Positions 5,660 to 5,751 of a stretch of DNA of 5,751 nt are shown piece after piece. The stretch's first letter is position 1, and each line of letters opens with the position of its first letter. The translations under genes were made by a program, and so were the position numbers. The DNA comes from Octopus sinensis (lineage: Eukaryota), in NCBI RefSeq assembly GCF_006345805.1, contig NW_021829953.1, positions 1-5,751 of the forward strand. Reading direction: 5' to 3'. Under the pieces are notes generated by a model that was not told the DNA's origin, made no database searches, and was given only the letters and a program-made list of their open reading frames with translations.

Positions 5660-5678
5660 TTATGACCATTCCGAATAT

Positions 5679-5682
<4 letters not shown>

Positions 5683-5724
<42 letters not shown>

Positions 5725-5751
5725 AGAGAGAGAGAGATGTGTGTGCGTGTT
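5683..5751. repeat. Compound (TA)n-(AG)n-(TG)n microsatellite
   Basis: TA 5683-5721, AG 5723-5737, TG to the window end. Confidence 0.93.

Overview
AT-rich, repeat-saturated, non-coding eukaryotic DNA (intron or intergenic). It is most likely from an octopus: I recognise the SINE sequences from memory as octopus-type, not from a search. No intact host gene is supported. The window contains (i) six copies or fragments of one tRNA-derived SINE family ('A', with a CORE-like block and an internal TA/TG microsatellite) plus single copies of two other SINE families ('B', 'C'); (ii) many TA, TG, TACA and GA microsatellites, which generate most of the spurious ORFs; and (iii) five unrelated foldback/MITE-like elements: ~56-313, 431-541, 657-1058, 4037-4594 and 5222-5448, plus a solo arm at 5588-5659. 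The only recognisable protein-coding sequence is the C-terminal remnant of a DDxD Tc1/mariner transposase inside the 4037-4594 element. That element's long inverted repeats appear to have been extended by an inverted copy of the transposase 3' end, which is the most informative structure here. I see no evidence for a novel multi-gene system; the interest is in transposon architecture and the density of hairpin-forming DNA.
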